Source: Bacteroidia bacterium
GTDB taxonomy: Bacteria > Bacteroidota > Bacteroidia > Bacteroidales > VadinHA17
DNA length: 10,873 nt
Assembly (NCBI GenBank): GCA_026391215.1
Contig: JAPLDX010000102.1
Span: 1-10,873 of the forward strand
Reading direction: 5' to 3'
Shown here: piece after piece, positions 8,688 through 10,873 of the stretch
Layout of the letters: each line of letters begins with the position of its first letter
Numbering within the stretch: position 1 is the first letter of the stretch
The notes under the pieces: model-generated
What the model was told of the DNA's origin: nothing
What the model saw: only the letters and a program-made list of their open reading frames with translations
Databases searched by the model: none
Program-made: the position numbers and the translations under genes

Positions 8688-10123
8688 AGCCCGTTATTCA
8701 CAGTAGCCCAACTGCTGCCATTATTGGTTGATAAGAAAACACCGCCATTAGTTCCTGCAAAGATATTGCTTCCATTTATTTCAAGGTCATCCACAAATAC
8801 ATCTGACAATCCGTTATTCACTGCACTCCAACTGCTTCCATTATTCGTGGATAAGAATACTCCATGATGAGTTCCTGCAAAAATATTATTACCGCTTATT
8901 GCTATGGCACGCACATTTTGATTTGATAGCCCATTATTCACAGCAGCCCAACTGCTGCCATTATTGGTTGATAAGAAAACACCATCATCAGTTCCGGCAA
9001 AGATATTACTCCCGCTTATAGCAAGGGAATACACAAATACCGTTGATAAACCATTTATAACTGCTGTCCAATTGCTGCCATTATTGGAAGACAGGTAAAT
9101 ACCATTCCCATAGGTACCTGCAAAGATATTGCTTCCGTTTATGGCAAAGGAACTTATCGATACAAGTGATATTCCGTCATTCATAGCAGTCCAACAGCTG
9201 CCATTATTGGTTGATAAGAAAACACCACCATCAGTTCCGGCAAAGATATTACTCCCGCTTATGGTTATTGAATTCACCTGAGTATTTGATAACCCGTTAT
9301 TCATAGCAGTCCAACTTCTGCCATTATCGGATGATAACAAAACACCAATTGAAGTTCCAGCATAAATATTGATTCCGTTTATCGCTATTGAGCTTACATA
9401 TGAAGCATTTGAACATGTCCAGGTACTACCATTATTCGTCGATAAAAAGACTCCAAAAAAAGTTCCTGCAAAGATATTACTTCCGCTTGTAGCTATTGAG
9501 TTCACTGGTTGAGGTAATCCGTTATTTGCAGCTGTCCATGAATCGCCATTATTTGTCGATAAAAAGACTCCATCAAAAGTTCCTGCAAAAATATTGTTTC
9601 CGCTTATGGTTATAGGATTCACTTGTGTATTTGATAACCCGTTATTAATAGCAGCCCAGCTGTTGCCGTTGTTGGTTGATAAGAAAAGACCGCCACCGGT
9701 TCCTGCAAAGATATTACTTCCATTTATGGCTATCGATAATACCGTTGTACCATACCCTGATAATCCATTATTCATGGCTGTCCAACTATTGCCATTATTG
9801 GTAGATAAATATACGCCATCCAACGTTCCAGCAAAGATGTTGCTTCCGCTTATTGCTATTGACCTTACGTAAAGTCCGAATTCTGATAAACCTTTATTCA
9901 CTGCTGTCCAACTGCCCCCATTATCAGTTGATAAGAAAACACCACCAGCATCACCCCATGCGTATAAGTAATTTGTTGTCGGGTCAACAGTTAATCCGGT
10001 AATTCTTCCACCATAAAGTCCATTGTTGGCTGGTTCCCACTCCAAAACAAAAGTGTTTTTTTCACACCCGGTACATATGGGTATCAGTAAAACTAAATAG
10101 AAAACATAAAATACCTTTTTCAC
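8645..10123 (-). CDS. Asp-box/BNR-repeat beta-propeller lipoprotein, C-terminally frameshifted (native end probably at 8541)
   Basis: GTG start and lipoprotein-type signal (IPICTG-C-EK). Eleven ~36-42 aa repeats GVFLSTNNGxSWxAxNNGL....V.SIAI.GSNIFAGT are in frame, the last one incomplete. The tail FSYQPIMEAVGKQ is out-of-frame repeat sequence. Confidence 0.85.
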   Translation of the reverse strand: MKKVFYVFYLVLLIPICTGCEKNTFVLEWEPANNGLYGGRITGLTVDPTTNYLYAWGDAGGVFLSTDNGGSWTAVNKGLSEFGLYVRSIAISGSNIFAGTLDGVYLSTNNGNSWTAMNNGLSGYGTTVLSIAINGSNIFAGTGGGLFLSTNNGNSWAAINNGLSNTQVNPITISGNNIFAGTFDGVFLSTNNGDSWTAANNGLPQPVNSIATSGSNIFAGTFFGVFLSTNNGSTWTCSNASYVSSIAINGINIYAGTSIGVLLSSDNGRSWTAMNNGLSNTQVNSITISGSNIFAGTDGGVFLSTNNGSCWTAMNDGISLVSISSFAINGSNIFAGTYGNGIYLSSNNGSNWTAVINGLSTVFVYSLAISGSNIFAGTDDGVFLSTNNGSSWAAVNNGLSNQNVRAIAISGNNIFAGTHHGVFLSTNNGSSWSAVNNGLSDVFVDDLEINGSNIFAGTNGGVFLSTNNGSSWATVNNGLFSYQPIMEAVGKQ

Positions 10124-10169
10124 TTTTTTGCTGATTGGGAACAGTAAAAATCGATTTTCTCATAAAACA

Positions 10170-10177
10170 CAAAATTA
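10170..10177 (-). promoter_or_regulatory. Bacteroidota -7 promoter box for the BNR-repeat gene
   Basis: Minus strand TAATTTTG matches TAnnTTTG, 46 nt upstream of the GTG start. Confidence 0.45.
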
Positions 10178-10246
10178 CGAAATATTCAGATATAAGGTTG
10201 TTTCTCAACAGAATAACCGGGCACCCGCAATCAGTGTTGGGCGTAT

Positions 10247-10340
10247 ACAGAGTGAGTGTGAGAGTGAGTGCGAGAAAATAGAGTGAAGTGCTCGCTGTCG
10301 CTCTCACTCTCACTCTTTTTTTGTAGTCCCACCAGAAATC
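10247..10340. repeat. Direct repeat copy B (94 bp): GAGTGA/TCACTC hairpin plus tRNA-Arg 3' end
   Basis: Matches 8223-8322. 10322-10340 matches 10681-10699 at 17/19. Confidence 0.92.
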
Positions 10341-10390
10341 CCTGCCTGCCTGCTGACGCAGTCAGTCAGGCAGGGAACCTGAATTTAAGG
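10322..10390 (-). pseudogene. Duplicated tRNA-Arg 3' half interrupted by a 34-bp insertion in the T-loop
   Basis: 10322-10340 joined to 10375-10390 equals 10681-10715 at 33/35 identity. Confidence 0.9.
10341..10374. repeat. 34-bp REP-like palindromic insertion cctgcctgcctgctgacgcagtcagtcaggcagg
   Basis: Perfect 8-bp terminal inverted repeat (cctgcctg/caggcagg) and an inner stem (ctgac-gca-gtcag). Absent from the intact tRNA. A second copy begins at 10857. Confidence 0.9.
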
Positions 10391-10640
10391 ATTTAAGTAC
10401 TTTTCTTAGTCTTTTTTTTCCTGCAGCAGTTTTAAAATATTTTTCTTTTTTTCTAGCCTCTTCTGCTTTGCCTGCAAGCTCAGAGTGGAACAGAAGCCAG
10501 GGTATAAAAGGCTTAGTCGAAAATACTTTTCCATTATTATGCTCAATAATTCTTTTATCCACATTCTGAGATATTCCGACATAAATACGGTTATCTTTCT
10601 TGCTGACAATAGCATAGACAAAAAAAATACCTGAATTCAT
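10362..10640 (-). CDS. Small stand-alone GIY-YIG nuclease (UPF0213/SLX1-like)
   Basis: From ATG 10640, 92 aa: FVYAI...IYVGIS.NV.KRI.EHN.G...STKPF.PW.L...E......ARKKEKYFK. The Tyr, Tyr-x-Gly, Arg, His and Glu positions typical of the family are present. The start is uncertain, but the track start at 10691 lies within the tRNA. Confidence 0.88.
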   Translation of the reverse strand: MNSGIFFVYAIVSKKDNRIYVGISQNVDKRIIEHNNGKVFSTKPFIPWLLFHSELAGKAEEARKKEKYFKTAAGKKRLRKVLKSLNSGSLPD

Positions 10641-10682
10641 TAAAAAGCAGCGAATAAATACCTGATGCATAAAGCATCTTTG

Positions 10683-10754
10683 TAGCCCCACCAGGAATCG
10701 AACCTGAATTTAAGGTTTAGGAAACCTCCGTTCTATCCATTGAACTATGGGGCC
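10683..10754 (-). tRNA. tRNA-Arg(CCT)
   Basis: GGCCCCA TA GTTC AATGGATA GAAC G GAGGT TT CCT AA ACCTT AAAT TCAGG TTCGATT CCTGG TGGGGCT A forms a complete cloverleaf with anticodon CCT. CCA is not encoded. Confidence 0.96.
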
Positions 10755-10768
10755 GAAGAAACCTGACA

Positions 10769-10798
10769 CAAAAGTATTGCTTTTTTTGGGATCGCAAA
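10769..10798 (-). promoter_or_regulatory. Bacteroidota housekeeping promoter of tRNA-Arg
   Basis: TTTG (10798-10795), an 18-nt spacer, then TACTTTTG (10776-10769), 14 nt upstream of the tRNA. Confidence 0.65.
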
Positions 10799-10844
10799 CA
10801 GGATTTGTAATTTCTGGATTGAGGAGAAATAAATTTAGTGATCT

Positions 10845-10873
10845 CCACCAGGAATCCCTGCCTGCCTGCTGAC
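10845..10873. repeat. Further tRNA T-arm fragment fused to a second copy of the palindrome (cut by window end)
   Basis: ccaccaggaatc (12/12 to the tRNA) is followed directly by cctgcctgcctgctgac (17/17 to 10341-10357). Confidence 0.88.

Larger units (their letters stand above)
8223..10340 (-). mobile_element. Degenerate tRNA-Arg-targeted mini-island (~2 kb), no intact integrase
   Basis: Bounded by direct repeats that contain the tRNA 3' end. Arm-like ggggtacaa x2 and an IHF-like palindrome lie just inside one end. Single cargo gene. Confidence 0.6.

Noticed and set aside
9594-9872. 92-aa plus-strand ORF with internal repeats
   Set aside because: Antisense shadow of the BNR repeats.
8541-9945. 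~120-bp periodic DNA repeats as a CRISPR array or a DGR template/variable repeat pair
   Set aside because: The repeats are in-frame coding units with synonymous variation. There are no cas or reverse transcriptase genes and no non-coding template copy.
1081-10123. Three exported beta-propeller proteins (WD40, PQQ-like, BNR) as one system
   Set aside because: They are in different orientations and transcription units, and the BNR gene is island cargo. The clustering is probably coincidental.
10062-10313. 83-aa minus-strand ORF (RVRATAST...LTLTLTL)
   Set aside because: Translation of the hexamer hairpin and the promoter region, not a plausible protein.
10406-10621. 71-aa minus-strand ORF
   Set aside because: Alternate frame within the GIY-YIG gene.
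10641-10691. N-terminal extension of the GIY-YIG ORF as given in the track
   Set aside because: That start lies inside the tRNA acceptor/T-stem. ATG 10640 places the first GIY-like motif near the N-terminus, as is typical.

Overview
Bacteroidota-like DNA, judged from TAnnTTTG promoter boxes and the lipoprotein/Gln-start secretion signals. The left ~8.2 kb is ordinary accessory gene content. It holds a truncated minus-strand gene missing from the ORF track (signal peptide, coiled coil, probable beta-barrel), an exported WD40-repeat/peptidase C14 (caspase-like) protein, a DUF1593 lipoprotein, DUF4180, a C_GCAxxG_C_C protein and a PQQ-like beta-propeller lipoprotein. The right ~2.6 kb is a layered insertion hotspot around tRNA-Arg(CCT) (10683-10754, minus), with three extra partial copies of the tRNA 3' end. 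(i) A ~2 kb integrase-less mini-island between 94-100 bp direct repeats carries a frameshifted Asp-box/BNR-repeat lipoprotein. (ii) A small GIY-YIG nuclease gene lies between the tRNA and a duplicated tRNA 3' half. (iii) A 34-bp CCTGCC...GGCAGG hairpin is inserted, with no target duplication, at the TC^GA of the T-loop in that duplicate, and the same junction recurs at the window edge. The GIY-YIG / tRNA-fragment / palindrome module is the best candidate for an undescribed mobile or repeat-propagating system. No searches were run; family calls rest on recognised motifs.
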